Of a DNA stretch of 64,000 nt, positions 35,308-49,129 are shown one piece after another. The stretch lies in contig NC_087436.1 in NCBI RefSeq assembly GCF_036321535.1, forward strand, positions 28,212,001 through 28,276,000, given 5' to 3'. Below the pieces are notes generated by a model. The model was not told the DNA's origin, made no database searches, and worked only from the letters and a program-made list of their open reading frames with translations. Numbering within the stretch: the stretch's first letter is position 1; every line of letters begins with the position of its first letter. The translations under genes were made by a program, and so were the position numbers. The DNA comes from Camelus dromedarius (lineage: Eukaryota).

Positions 35308-35470
35308 CATGACAACTTCCCTGAGTCTCAGTTTCCTTATCTCTAAAACAATGATAGTGGAACTGCCTTCCAGGAGGTTTCTGTGAAGATCCAATAACAT
35401 AATATGTAAAGTCCTAGTATATCATAAGCACTCAATAAGTGTTGCCTTTACTATTACCATTATTGTTGTT
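35308..35470 (+). mobile_element. MIR SINE
   Basis: 'ccctgagtctcagtttccttatctctaaaac', 'taagcactcaataagtgttg'. Confidence 0.85.
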
Positions 35471-37371
35471 GTCATCATCAGAATGTCTTATGAGAGATTT
35501 GGACTTGACAAAAATTCTCCTCAGAATGAAGATGTTTACTATGGTATCAAATGGAGTAGAATTCTGCAAGGTAGGAACACACCATGATGTCAACAATTAG
35601 TGTAACAAAGAGGCAAAGAAAATGTAAAGGTTCATATTCTACCTAACTCTTTATGTTTCCTACACCCTTCCCCAACTTTCTTTACAAATTTTGGGAAGCA
35701 ATTTTGGTTATAAATGCTGGACAACTCAAGAAAAAAAAAAAAAGAGGATATTGAGGATATTAAGCAGAATATTTGTGAAGATTACCATAATAGCATTTGA
35801 TTCACAGAATTCTTTTTTAATACCAATACCATATCTGTTCTTCCTCTAAAAGATAGAATAAAATATTCACGTCATTGGCATTCACCACTGAATGGAATTG
35901 AATATATGCAGCTAACAAAAGCAAAACCATTTGACCATTTAATCTAACTGATATTTTTCCAGGTTCAATTCTTTAAACTAAAAAAAAAGTAGTGTTCTTA
36001 AATGTCTACTTGGTTTCACAAAAGTAACAAGTATCTACATGGGTCTTGGCTAGAGACAATGCTGGTGTTTCAGGAAACTTCATTCATTAAATAATTTAAC
36101 ACATTTTTAAAGCTTTAGGAAAACTGTTTAAACAGTGCATACAGTTTGCTGAAGGAGGGCAAAAATTGCATTTGGGCCATCATTAATTTAAAACTTGAAT
36201 ACAAACTCTCCAGTTCTGTATCTTTTTTTGTCTTTGCCTAAAGGAAAAATTGACTTTTAGAAACAAGTTGGGACAGAGATTATTCCCACCATGTTTGTGT
36301 GTTGGAGGTAAATCTCCCTATTGATGACCTTTTTTAATAGAAAAGTTTCCTTTAGGTCTAATTTTTTGCACACAAAATAAAGGGCTTCTTACCTATCTTT
36401 AGATACTTTGTTACTATAACTTTTAGTTATTTAATAACAGCTTCAAGGCTTTTAGCATTTTCCTTTCCTCTATTTTATTGGCTAAATCAATAAAGGCATT
36501 TTTTTTTTTCTGGAACCTAAACAGATTTAAATTCGTTATACAGGGAATTCTTCTCTTTCTCCCACCTGCCATCCTCTGCTTCTCTTTTTCCTTCCACAAC
36601 GTTGTTTCTGAGTTTCTTTCCATTTCTTCTATTCTTTGTCTTCTACGTAATTTCAATAAAGTGAAGATAGTGGACTAAATCATTCTTCCCTAATACATAA
36701 AAAAACACACACCAGTAGAGGTAAAAACTAAAACAAAACAAAATAAAACAAAAAGCAACAAAAAAATCTATAGTTACAAATACAGAAAAAAATATCTTTT
36801 ATCAAATACTTTGAAAAGTTGTAGCAATGTAAGACACAGAAGTCCTTCCTGCTCATGCATATGCGTGCGCGCACACACACACAAGTGTGATGAGGAATAA
36901 TAGACCAAATCTTGAGAAATCTCATTAATAACTCAAAGTTCTATAGAAGTATATTAAGGGGGTTATAAAGTAGAATGAAAAAAAAAAAAAAAAGAACACT
37001 GAAAAGTTCCACATAACAGATCATAAAGTCTGTAACATTATTAGACCTTCAAAGGGCAAGTAGTTTCTGGCCTTGCCATTTTCCCAGGAGCTGTACTCAT
37101 TAGGGAAAAAAGTCAAGTCCCTCAAGAATTGGGCATACTTTTGTTTGGGTAGAGTGGGCTCTGGTCAGAGCATTGAATAGTTTGTTCTGAGAGTAACCAA
37201 GCTTAAAGCTGCCTCCACCCCTGCCTCAAAAGAGGTGTAAAATCAGCTCAGTATATATAAACTCTCCCCCATGTGGTTTTCTAATCTATGGAAAAGTGAA
37301 TGTTAACCAAATGTGTTCCTAAAACCATAGCCTGAGAAAATAAAGAAACTGTAGGAAAGATTTTCCTGGAA

Positions 37372-37515
37372 AACTAGCTCACTCTATACTGGGATTTTAA
37401 ACCCCCTGTGTTTCAGTTTTTTTCATTTGTAAAATGGAATAACACTCATTTCATTGTATTGTGAAAAGTATCTGCCAGAGTACTTAATGCAGAGTGATCC
37501 TTGGTAATTGTTAAT
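37372..37515 (+). mobile_element. MIR SINE
   Basis: 'aaccccctgtgtttcagtttttttcatttgtaaaatggaataac'. Confidence 0.75.
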
Positions 37516-37739
37516 TCCACTCTGTGATGGAGGATGTTTGCTTTTAACCTCAACTTTTGATGTAGTATCTTAGAGATAGAAAAAAATGTAGGAATGTCAT
37601 GTCAGAAAAGAAAAATAAATTGATTAGACCCAATATCCAGTATAAAAAATAATGTTTAGCTAATAGTTCCTTTGATATTTATTTTCAGTGAAAACTTTTT
37701 TCGCATTAAATTATGGTTCATTAAATAGATTCACTCTTT

Positions 37740-38200
37740 GGTTGGGAAGAAAGACATTGTAATAGTAACTTCAATATAATGGGTTTTACAAATGGGGATG
37801 TGCTTTATCCTAGAGGAGAACTTAAAAGGAGGAACAAAACTAGCCTGGAGTTTCAAGGAAGTCCTTGTGTAAGTGAAAATAAGGAAAGACTTTTAAATAG
37901 GAAAAGAGTGGGCTGGATGAAAAGCAGTATTCTAAGCAAAGGAAATCAGAATATGTGTGACAGCCTCAGGCAAGAGGACAAGGCATATTCAAGACACTGT
38001 TAGAAACCAATAAAGTTAAAACACACAGGCAAGTAGGGGGTATAGGAAGAAGAAGCTTATGAAAAAGTCATGGGAAAAATTATGGAGGGGCTTTTAAGAC
38101 AAAAGATCCCTACGTTTTCACCATAACTAATAGAAAGCCATTGAAGACGTTTAAGCAAGGGAATGAATCATAAACATTTGCTTTTTTGAAGAAGAGCTAA
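37740..38200 (-). mobile_element. LINE-2 fragment
   Basis: 'gtattctaagcaaaggaaatcagaatatgtg', 'aatagaaagccattgaagacgtttaagcaagggaatga'. Confidence 0.7.
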
Positions 38201-39193
38201 CAGATGTGAATTAAGTAATTTCAATTCCGTGATGCTATAGAATTTAAATTAGTAACCATGACCAACTTGAGTATTTGAAACTTCACTGACTGTGTAGTAG
38301 GTACAAGGGAACTTAAATGTGCCAACTAATAGAATCTCAGTACCTACCAAATATATAGTTATCTCCAGGGATTTTTCAGATTGTAAAACTCTCATTTTGG
38401 GGTAAATTTTAAAAATTATCTCTTGCCTCTGTCATGTTGAACACTTCTCCAAGAGATAGTTCTTATTTATTGTTAGCTTCAGTAAGCTACCAAAAGGGGA
38501 GTATGGTTAGACCTAGTTTCTTTCCTGGTTCTCATTCCTACTTTTTCTTTGCATGGACCTGGTATCTGCTACAGTATCAGGGAATGGAGGGGAAATGGCA
38601 AAGACGATATTTGCCTAGATAAGAAAAATGCATATGATTACAAACTTGGGAGCTCCGCATTTGCTGGGTATAGGTGTATTTTTCATCTAACTGCTTTGTC
38701 ATTGGCTTTCAGAGTGCTGTTGGTATCCAAATGCTCTCTCTCCCACGTGGTGCATTTGTTATTTTCTAAAGCTGTCCTGCAACACTGCCTCCATCCACCC
38801 ATGGCCCCCTCCACCACAGAGTTATCTAATTTTGTTTAGCCTATCAAAGGGGAGATGCTTTTTAAAAAAAACACCTTTTTATAGCTTTTCTTCTATTTCA
38901 TACCTACCTGCTGCAGGTGCTTAGTGCTCATTCACTCTCTGCCCCTCAGAGAAACTCACATTCCCTTGCCACACCAAGAAGTGGAAATCATAGCTTCTGT
39001 ATTCTCAGCTTCACTGTGTCTCTTCTTCCTTTTACATGCTCATATTGCAAACACTCATCAGCAGTGTGAAGGCTCATCAAAATTCAGTGCAGTTTTTGCA
39101 ACTTAGGTGTCACAGAAAATGGAGAGGTGGTGAGAGCATTTGATTCCACCTGCCCTTTATAGGAAAGGAGGAAGAAAACTATTAATACTTCAG

Positions 39194-39232
39194 AATTAAT
39201 TAATTAATTAATTAATTAATTAATTAATTAAT
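39194..39232. repeat. (AATT)9 self-complementary tetranucleotide microsatellite
   Basis: aattaattaatt... perfect repeat. Confidence 0.95.
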
Positions 39233-39469
39233 ATTCTTCTCAAGATGACAATTCCCTTCTCTTCCTTCCTGCAGAAGCCAAAAAAATTCAGTTTAGTAGG
39301 AAAGTTGATTGGATTATATGGGTCTGGCACCAGAAATAGAACCATAAGGAACATGGTGTCTTTCTTTGCAAATATGGATTATTTTTGCGATGTAGCCATA
39401 ACTTCTGCATGTTCCTCTGACAGGAATAGTAGCAGGGGTTTCTCAGCCACGTTCCCACACATATCCTTC

Positions 39470-40100
39470 TGGCTAGAGTGAGAAGAATGGGTGAAAAGGT
39501 GGAAAGAGAAAATGCAATGAAAACAGTAGGGAAGCTATGCAATAATTCAGGGGAGAAACACGGGTGGCTTCAAAGAGAATCAAATATTAAAATTACAGAT
39601 AAGAAGGATCCAATAAAAGCAAGAGTGACTGAGAGAGAGAGAATCTATAGTGCATAGTGTTTTATTTCATCTGGAGTGAGAGAAAGAAAGGACTGAAACT
39701 CTCAAAGAGTATTGTTTGATAAGCTGGGTGAGTGAATTAACAGATGCTTCGATTGTGAAATATTTAAAAATGTGAAGTCATCACAACTTGAGGTTTGATT
39801 GGAAGCAGAAATTAAGAGAAAGAAATATGCAGGTGGTGAGTATGAACTACCCTTTAAGAAGTTTGCATGAGGAGAGTTAGAAGTTTATGGTAAATGAGGT
39901 ATGATTTTACACTTGGAGTGACTTGAGAAGAGAATAGAGACAGACTAGCCCATGGTAAGAAGAGCAAGACCATAATGACTAGTCAATGATCAGGTTATGC
40001 CAGTAGGTGAAGGGCTACGTCTTAAACAGGTTTAAGTCTTAAAACCAAATAGTTGACTGTAGATATGTGTTTCAATAAACTTGTAGGCTTGGAAATGGAA
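39470..40100 (-). mobile_element. LINE-2 fragments
   Basis: 'gtagggaagctatgcaataattcagggg', 'ggtgagtatgaactaccctttaagaagtttg'. Confidence 0.6.
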
Positions 40101-40217
40101 GAGAAGAAATCAAGAATATGAAAGGCGCTGATCTTGACCTAATTATCAGTCTTGTGCAGCAGGAATTGGTAACTTAGCAGTGGTCACTTGTGTTTTAGAC
40201 TAGTAGTGAACACATGA

Positions 40218-40560
40218 TTTTTCACTTATTCATTTATTTATTGGGCAGTGTCTATGGCAATAGGAACCATGTTAGGAAGAAAGATAAACTTTTAACAGGA
40301 TAGAACAGGCCTTTGATCTCAAGAAACCTACAACCCATTATAGTATTTGCGAGACTTGCTCTGTGAGTGGCTAAAGTCTGGCATTTAGGAACACAGGGTT
40401 TGGAATGGAACACTTGGCTTGAACCCAAGCTCTGTTATTTATAAGTTTTGTTGCCATGAGGGTTTACATACTTTCTTTTTCTGCTTTAGGGGTTTTTTTT
40501 TTTTTCCCATCAAAAAGACATCAATGGTGTCTCTAAAATGTTTAAAACTAAGTTTTAATG
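40218..40560. mobile_element. L2 3' tip (minus, ~40218-40340) followed by MIR (plus, ~40360-40560)
   Basis: 'ttcacttattcatttatt...gatctcaagaaacctaca'; 'gggtttggaat...cttggcttgaacccaagctctgttattta'. Confidence 0.6.
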
Positions 40561-42369
40561 ATTAACTGGCATTACTCATATTAAAAAGACTCCTTTTATT
40601 GTTATTAATTAGATTATAAACTTCCAAGGACAAGAATAATATTTTTTACAGATTTCTATGTTTCTCCTCCATGGAATACAACATGAAATGCAACAATTGT
40701 TTAAAATATTGGTTTAATAATAAAAATTAATTGTTGATACATTAATAAATCTTTAAATAAGGTTACAAAACTTTGAATTAAATAAGGTTCAGTTGGTTTC
40801 ATAACTATCATATATCACAGAGCCTCTAAAATGCCAATGTACATTACACAATTCAAAGATATTTCTCACAGAACCTATGTCTTGCAGTGCATCACCTGAT
40901 ACTATTTTGCTGATAAAGAACAATTTTGGGAATAACTAGTCAAATATATGATAAATAAAATATTTAGCGAAAAAAATATGTTGTCATCTTTGGGACTATG
41001 AAAGAAATCTAGAAAAAAAAGAATGTAAATATATATTTTAAAATAATCACTATACTTAATATGTATATATGTATACATAGGGAAGCTTTTCCTATAAAAT
41101 TTCATAAAGAATATGTTTGATATTAGTTATGTTTTATAGGAATATATTTTTATTGAGGACAACTTACTTAAGCTAAAAAGCTATTTATTAAGCCAGCAGG
41201 ATAGAAGTCAGAATACTCTAAAAAGTTTATGTTAATTTAATGAAGAGAAACATCTTTAATATTCTACTTTAATCAAAAGTAATCTAAATACGTTATTCAG
41301 TGATTTACTTTAAAATATGAAGTAAATGTGAGTTTAATGAGTTTAATATTTTGAAGAGCTAAATTCTTGGCCCCAAGATACCGAGAAGAATAAAAATCTG
41401 AGAAATGTCTAAGAGCTAAATACATTTTAAAATAAGAATGGAGAGGGAGGTTAGGTTGGGGGTAAAAGGCAGACAGAGGAATAAAGAAACGATTTTAATG
41501 TTGACAGGTTTTATATACCCTGAATATAGGAACTATATTAGGCTCTCAGAACTATTAGAAAAATTGGATGGGGCACAGGCTTTGGAAAATTGTATCTTAG
41601 CTTGTATACCTAGGTGCAGCAGTTTCCCCTTGTAATTCTACAAAGAAGAGAAATGGTTGTGGGGAGGGAGTGGCAGGGATTATAGTTTAATTTAGAAAGC
41701 ATTTGTGTGAGAAATTTTTAGGAGACCTAAAACCAGTTATCTTATTTTCTGAGAAAGGAATTCCAATATTAGACATTAAGTATTCTAGCTTGGTAAGGAA
41801 TGCTTTAGAGTTTCAGTAATTAGCTTTCTTTTCTAAGACAGAGTTCTATTCTGTAACTTGGTAATTTGACTTAATAATGAATGAATATTGAAGGCTATCA
41901 GACTCATTCTTTTGGGAAGACATTTTTCCATACACAAATTAATAATTTTCTGAATTTGAAACATCTCATGCAACACAAACCACATTTTACCAACCACCCA
42001 ATTAGTACACTGAATGGAGGACAAGCTTATTTAGACCACATACTTACTAAAAACTCAGGAAAGGACCAAATCAAGGACATGCCCACTTTTCTATTTTTCC
42101 TATGAACACTCATGAGGATCTGGGCAGATCTTCTCAAGGAAGCCACAGAATCTTTCTTTTTCTGGATAATTCTCAGCTGTTGCTGGAAGAGAATTCTACA
42201 AAAGAAAGAAAAGAAGTGTCTTTTTTCTAACTGTTTAAAAGAAATGAGAATTTGCTAGAAAAATTAGAAATGATTAGAGTTGCTCCATTTTTACCAAATT
42301 TGGAATAAATTAATTGAATATAGCTGGAAATCATATAGTGTTTTATTTATTAAATCAATAAGCCTATTA

Positions 42370-42620
42370 ATGACAATAGTAATAAAGAAGTGACTAACAA
42401 TTTGCTAGACACTGGGTTATTTACATCTCTTAAATTACTTCATTTAATTCTCACAACAATCATGTAACAGATGTTGTATTAATGCTCACTGTGCAATAAG
42501 GAAACAGATTTAAGGAGGTGAAGTAACACATTCATGGTTGTACAGAACATATCCAAGGTCACACAGCTGGTAAGAGGAACAGCTGGGAGAAATCAGACTG
42601 ACCCAGATTATGTTCTTACA
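42370..42620 (-). mobile_element. MIR SINE
   Basis: 'cttcatttaattctcacaacaatc', 'aataaggaaacaga', 'tccaaggtcacacagctggtaag'. Confidence 0.85.
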
Positions 42621-43747
42621 CTTGACAACAAAAAAGGGACATAATTCCACTTTAACCAGAAAAAAAAAAAAGCAAAAAACAAAAAAAACAGTGTAGCTCA
42701 TACATCTAGTAAGCAGTTGTTTGATTTTCTTTTGTTGTTCGATCCTGAGAAATAAAGAAAATTATTTAGCTAAATAAAAAATATATTCCTAAATAAAGCA
42801 AATGTTCTAACTCAAATCTTTTGGCATGCTCCAGATCTAGTCTTAACTACTTACTTTTGAAACCTGAGGCCAGTAGTCTGAATCATTTTAGTCTCTTCTT
42901 TCCTGAGATATTGCTTTCACTCTGTTAGCTCACACATCTCTGATACCTTTGAGAAGCCTCACTCATGGTTACCAGCTGTCTTCTGTCCTCCAGAATTCCA
43001 CCAGTTCAGCTAAAAGGAAGTCAGCTGGTGTGTGAGACTCATGAGTTGATGGAGAAAAAAGACCCTTTTAAATATACCTGTCCTCTTTCCATTTAGTCCC
43101 TGAGCAAGATCACCTTTCCCAAATCCTATCCATGGTTCCCAGAACAACAGAGGAAATGACAACAATGTATTTTTTTAATGTATCTATGTAAAGATACATG
43201 TACTTTGATCTTGGATACCCCATTCCTCTAAGGAAGATGGTCTTTTCTGTTACGTTTTATTACATGACCAAAAACGTCTCCAAAATTTTTTTCTTAAAAC
43301 AACTAGGAACAGAGGCAGAGTACTTTACACATAATCCCTTATATAAACTTGCAAGGCAATTATTCTTTCTTATAGATGAGGAAATTGTTTCAATATATTT
43401 AAATAATGTATATCCCCCTAGAAAATAAGCCCCATGAAGAGGGGATCTGTATACTTGCTCTGTCAATGTTTTTTCCTTAGTGCTTAATTCCATATTTTAC
43501 ACATGATATGTGCTCAATAAATAATTATTAAGTTAATGAACAAATAAAAGGGTTTAGCCATTTGAAAATAAACCCTTGACTCCAAGTTATTTGTTTTTAG
43601 TCATCTAAGTTGAAAATAATTTTCCTCATTTTGTTATGTGCATTTTAAAACTATTTTTATATGATTGCTGAATATCCTAGAGAATAGTTTAAGTCATTCT
43701 GAATGCTTCAGAAACCATTGTCTCCAAATGAGGGAAATAGCTCTAGG

Positions 43748-44321
43748 CAGTTAGTTCCCTAAACTCAGATCTTCAGGGAATGTATCATGTAGCCTCATTT
43801 ACCTGGACAAATCTTAAGAGATCTGAAACAAAGTTCATACCTTGGTCCAAGGTATTGAGATTCTCAGGCTTTACAGTTCTGTCTAACAGAGCAAATTATC
43901 TTGTTGCTGACTGAGAGACACAGACTATGGGGATGATCAGAAACTCTGTGGATTACCATCAACCAAAGGAGCTGCTTCATCTTCAGTCATTCCCTTTTCC
44001 AAGACAGCCAGCATCCACAGTCATCATGGGGGTACAAAGGCCAAGCCACATGTCTCATTTGGGGATAACTTTGAAGGGCTGTGCCAGCCACAGAGTGTTC
44101 ACTTAGCTGTACCCTCTGTCCATCCTGCTACCTTCCCTTTGTTACAGTCGTTGTTCCCAAGAGCATTGCCACATATTTCTCTTGCATACAAGCTCTGTCT
44201 CAACATCTTTCTGTGGAACCCAACCTGCTAAATCAGAATCTTTGAAGACAGTGGCCCGAGAATACATATTTTCATAAAATTCTTCTGGTGATTATAGTGT
44301 ACCCAGTTTGAAGTAGCCGCT
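43748..44321. mobile_element. MER5-like hAT-Charlie MITE split by an LTR16 insertion
   Basis: Left end 'cagttagttccctaaact'; right part 'taaatcagaatctttg...gtggcccgagaat...ctggtgattatagtgtacccagtttgaag'. Confidence 0.6.
43788..44229 (+). mobile_element. ERVL solo LTR (LTR16A/C-like)
   Basis: 'ggggtacaaaggcc', 'ggggataactttgaagggc', 'gttgttcccaagagca', end 'ctctgtctca...ggaacccaacctgc'. Confidence 0.8.
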
Positions 44322-46569
44322 TTCCTAAGCAATCACGCATTTGACATGAGGATGACCAGCTAGAAAAAGAAAGTGATAAAACAAAGAAGTACCCAAGAGG
44401 TATGCAGGGCAAGAGGAATGAAATTTTAAGCTGAACTATGCTAAAAATAAAGCTGTATAATAAGGAGTAGGAGAAAATCAGGAATTACTATAAACTTCAT
44501 TTATTTTCTAATTGTACGTATACTGGCTTTAAACAGAAGTTTTAGTTTTAAATTGGTTATTGCTACCACACAGAAGAAAGATAGAAAATAGGTTTTAAAT
44601 CATGTCATAATTCTGATCAATTGGTAGAGGATGGATTAGAAGAGAGCCTGGCTCCAATTTTGTGTTACTGGGGAAAAGAACACGGCTGGTTAGTGAGTTC
44701 CCTCTTGAATGGAAGGAAGAAGCTGATATTGGAGAACAGCAGAAATTATCATCTAGAAAGCAATGATAAAAATATTAATGGATCTCCATTATCCTCTTGG
44801 TTTTCATTAATAAATCCAAACTTTATAGCATACTAGAAACCTTTAACTTCAGCAGAATATATTTATTGTTTAGATTACTGGATATTATCATGGCAGAGTA
44901 GACAATCCTTTACTCATTATTGTGTCTCTCACTTAGGACAAGTGACAGTATCTTAGTGGCATCTAAACACATATATGCTTATCCTAGTGTAGCAGTAAAG
45001 CTATCATTAAAAAGGAAGACAGATACATTTCATATCCTAAAGCACTAAAATAACTAAAGGAGACTAAACTCACTTAATATCACCAGACTCAGTAACAGCA
45101 TAATGAAGAAATCCCTTTGTTTACTCATTATGACTTCTAGAAGTTGTTTTTTAGATCCAGAGGTTTTATATTCAAGAAGAGGTTTAAAAGTCCAAACAAA
45201 ACTACCAAATTACCTTGCAAACCAAAAAGAGATATGTATCTCATTTATTTTTCACTGTTGAAATTCAGAGTCAGTCTCCAAAACCTAGTATAAATACTTA
45301 GGTAAGGGAAGTTTAAATCACAAAGCAGAAAAATATGTTCCTTTTTATCAGGGTTTTATTTTTGAATATATAATATGAATAGACACCTGCAGGTGTTTGT
45401 TCCCTTAGCTGGCATGGAAACCAGATGTATTAAAGAAAGTTCAGATAATACACACAGAAGATAACTGCTCAAGGCTTTTGATCTCAGTAGTTGTATTTGT
45501 TACTTTTCCCTTTTTGATCATATGTCATGTGCTTTAATAGATGAATTAGGTTATAGTAGGTTATAGTTGCAGACTTTAGCAACTTTTGTAAACTGCTGAG
45601 CATATGTATAGTTGGGTTTGCTAACTCAAAGAATTAGCAATCTCTATCACATGCCGAAGCATGAGTAAAGCCTTTCTCTTGTTTTAAAAGTTCAGATGTG
45701 CAGAGAAAAAAATGGTGACAGAAATATTCAAAAACAGAGATCAAAAGGTAACACATTTTATAAGCGTCCTCTCTGCTTTGCTTTGATGATGCTAAAACCT
45801 TTCCAGAGCTTTGACATGACTGCAGAATGGCAGATGGCATGGTTTATAGAAAGGGCAGTGGTGATATAAATATAGCCCAACCTCAGACAGGAAAGTATTT
45901 CAGTTTATATGTGCTTCTGGAAAATTGCCTGTAACACTATGCCAACCAACTCTATACCACACAATCCCACAGAAAGTATTATATTAAGTCAATGAATCTT
46001 TAAAGTTTAAAATCTCCTTTTCATTCTATCTCCCCAAAATAGTAATAAACTTCTTTCTCTACCAAAACACTGGTTATTTTCCCCTACTTACTGCTGTCCA
46101 TCTTTCATGGATCACATTTACATTATGCATAAAAAAGATAGGCTTAATAGACCTTTTCCATGTGCAAGTAGTCAAAAGACACAAAAAGACCCTTAGGAGG
46201 TAAGAGAGAAAGAATGTAATGTATGTGTGTGTGTTCGTGTTAGGGAATCGGGAATGGTTAATAGTAATATTATAGAGTTCTACTCCACCATACATACTAG
46301 GTTCCAGAATCATTTATCCCAGTTACTGCTATTATAATTCTACAGAATTACTGTGCAGACAACAATTTTTTGGGAGGAGGGATGGAACAGGAGGTCGATG
46401 TAAGAGTTAAACCCCAAATATTTAAGCGTGTCATGCAAACAAAATCATCATCTGACTTCAAACTATTATTTAAGTCTGTATATTTCAAACTACCTTTGAG
46501 CCATCTGCATCCTGCTTCACATTTCTGTAATTTTACACAAACTTTTTCCTTATTCTCACTATCTTGGTT

Positions 46570-46855
46570 TATTTGGTGTGCTCCTATTCATCCTTCAAGT
46601 CTCAGGATAGAAGTCATTTCCTCAAGGAAGTTTACTTTTGTCCTGCAGGAAAACTAGACAGTTACTCCTCTGTTCTCACATATTTTGTATGTTTATCTCA
46701 ACACTAACAACATTTAACTAATTGTTTGGGGTTTTTTTTGTCGGCATAACTTAACTGTAAGTTTCTTCAGAGAAACAGTTCCAGTTATTCTTTATCTTTG
46801 CATCATTACAGTCTAGAGGTGTCCACAATACAAAAATTACTTAATGCAATCTTTG
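46570..46855 (+). mobile_element. LINE-2 3' end
   Basis: 'ctcctattcatccttcaagtctcagg...catttcctcaaggaag', 'aactgtaagtttcttcagagaaacag...tattctttatctttgcatc'. Confidence 0.75.
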
Positions 46856-49129
46856 CTGGCAGTTCCAAAAGGTCATAAACTCACTCATTTAAAAACAGTG
46901 GGCTTAAAATTAGAAAAGTCTATTAGTCAAGTTTGCTATAACACTACTTTAATCAGAGGTTACAAAATAAAGAGTCCCAGTCCTCAAGTATCTTATTGCT
47001 GTGGATGAAGAATAAGAAAAGTATAACAAACCCTCACAGAAAAACAGATAAACAACTACAAAATAAGTCAGAGAAAAAGGATACTGTGGTGAAAGCACAA
47101 GTATTTACATTAACCTAATGCTTAACATGTTAAAGTTGGACAAAGCTCACACTGCTTAACAAAGCCCTGATCCACAGAAATGTTAAAATTATAAGAGCAA
47201 AGTGCCTAATGGTTGTAGCAATGTCAGAGAAAACAGAAGAAAGATTAGCTTTTATATTTAATGGGTATGTACTCGGTAAAGTATGACTTCCAACCAAGTA
47301 ATAATTGTCTTCAGTCTTAGATATTTGCTTTTATTCATTTCATAAAAATTCTGAGAAATATATCTGATTTATGATAAGTAATTGTGTTATTTGTACTTAT
47401 TATCAAATGGATTCAATTTGGGCTCAGCAGATGATACTTCTAGTAAACATGGACCACCTGAAACAGGATTTCATTAATGTAATCATCTTCAAAAAATTGC
47501 ATGCATATATTAAGGCCAAATCTCAGATACATTGGGAGATTCAAGATAAACATTCTTATTTGATTAAGTATTTATATTTTTCTGTTTTTCTACATGTTTC
47601 ATCTTAATTTGTAAACATACGTTAAAACTTACGCTACTATTAATCCCTAGTTTACATTAAAATGTTATCTAGATTCTTATAATTTCATCTCAAATAGTAT
47701 TCTTTGTTTTTCTTTGTCATTCATTCATCGTTTCAATTGTTTTAAAAGTTCTGTGTCAATAAACCTTAACATTTTTTCTGTAGAATTACTTGAGGTTTAA
47801 TTCAAGGGCATTTTTTATATCAGTGGGTTGAAATATGATTCTTATGGTTCTATCAAGATTATAGAATAGCATTTGTGCAGCTTATCATGAATACGCTTTA
47901 TATTTATTTCTTCATAATAGTTTAAATCTAAAAGCAGATACTTTGAAGTCACTTTTGCTAAAATTCCTGAAGTCATGGATGATAGTCCACTATAACAAAA
48001 TGCAAAGGCACCAAAAGCCATGTATAATTTTTATTTATCTTCTGAAGCTGTTTTTTTTTTGTGTGAAGTAGGCATAAGAAGAAAGCTTACTGGCATAATA
48101 TTTTGGAAAGATACCAAACTCAATTAGGGGTCCGTCTGTTGTGTCAGACTGGCATGGCATATATTATTTGGGTTCTTTTGAACACAGTGTTTTTTTTAAT
48201 CTTTAGAACAATTGATGAAATCTAGAGTGAAAGGAAAGAGAAAAAAGAAGATAAGAAAGAAGGAAAGAAACAGGACATAATTATTAATATTTTACTAGAA
48301 TATGTGGACTTACCAGTTCTTTTATTGCTATGGCATTCCATCACTATGATGTATCACAGCATATTTCTTGCACCTTTTTAAACATAAGATACTCAGTTTC
48401 ATTTTAAGGCAGATGTCTTCAATTTATAATGTCTTACTCATTTCTCTGAGGTTTATCTTTTCATCAAGAGACAAGCTCATAACCTGGATCTGTACAAAGG
48501 CAAGTGTGTCCAAGCATCTGGTACTGTTTGCCCCAAAACATCAACTCCACACTTCATTTTGACATTAAACATAATACACATTAAAAAAAAGAAGAGAAAA
48601 AGCAAGTAATAATCAAATGCTGCTCCATTCAGGAATGTCCCAGCAGATATCATGTTGTAGACTAGTTAGAGAAGTTCAATATAAGAACATATTGAGAACA
48701 CTGAAAAGATAAGAGGAAATAGTGATAGAGCAAACATTCAGTTCAGCTGGAAATGGAATCTGAAAAGAGCTAAGGGATCCCCAGCCAACCTGATATCAAT
48801 TTGGTGATGCTGCCCTCAGGGCCATTTGTCTGCCTTCTTAAACTCCTCTCTACTCTGGCTCTTTTAAGATTCAGTCAATTTTATGAAATAAGACAGTCTT
48901 AGAATTTTGTTTCTTTTCTCTCTCAGCCCTGGCTATTAACCAGCCTCTAATTATAATGTAGAAACACATGAGAGATGAAATAACATCTGCAACATAACAT
49001 ATCAGGAAGAAGAAAGAGATTATCTCTGGAATTATTTTTCCATTGTTCATATGATACACAATATTTCAATTTCTCTCTACTCTCTTCAAATGTATTTAAC
49101 TCCACATATTCATATTTACCTAATATTCT

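Noticed and set aside
35482..35570. AG...GT-bounded segment open in two frames (MSYERFGLDKNSPQNEDVYYGIKWSRILQ)
   Set aside because: The acceptor derives from a MIR tail with a weak pyrimidine tract, and the peptide is unrecognised.
48438..48489. Minus-strand pseudo-exon (IQVMSLSLDEKINLREM; alternative frame DPGYELVS*)
   Set aside because: The EGF/sushi-like DPGYEL frame stops immediately, and the other frame is unrecognised.
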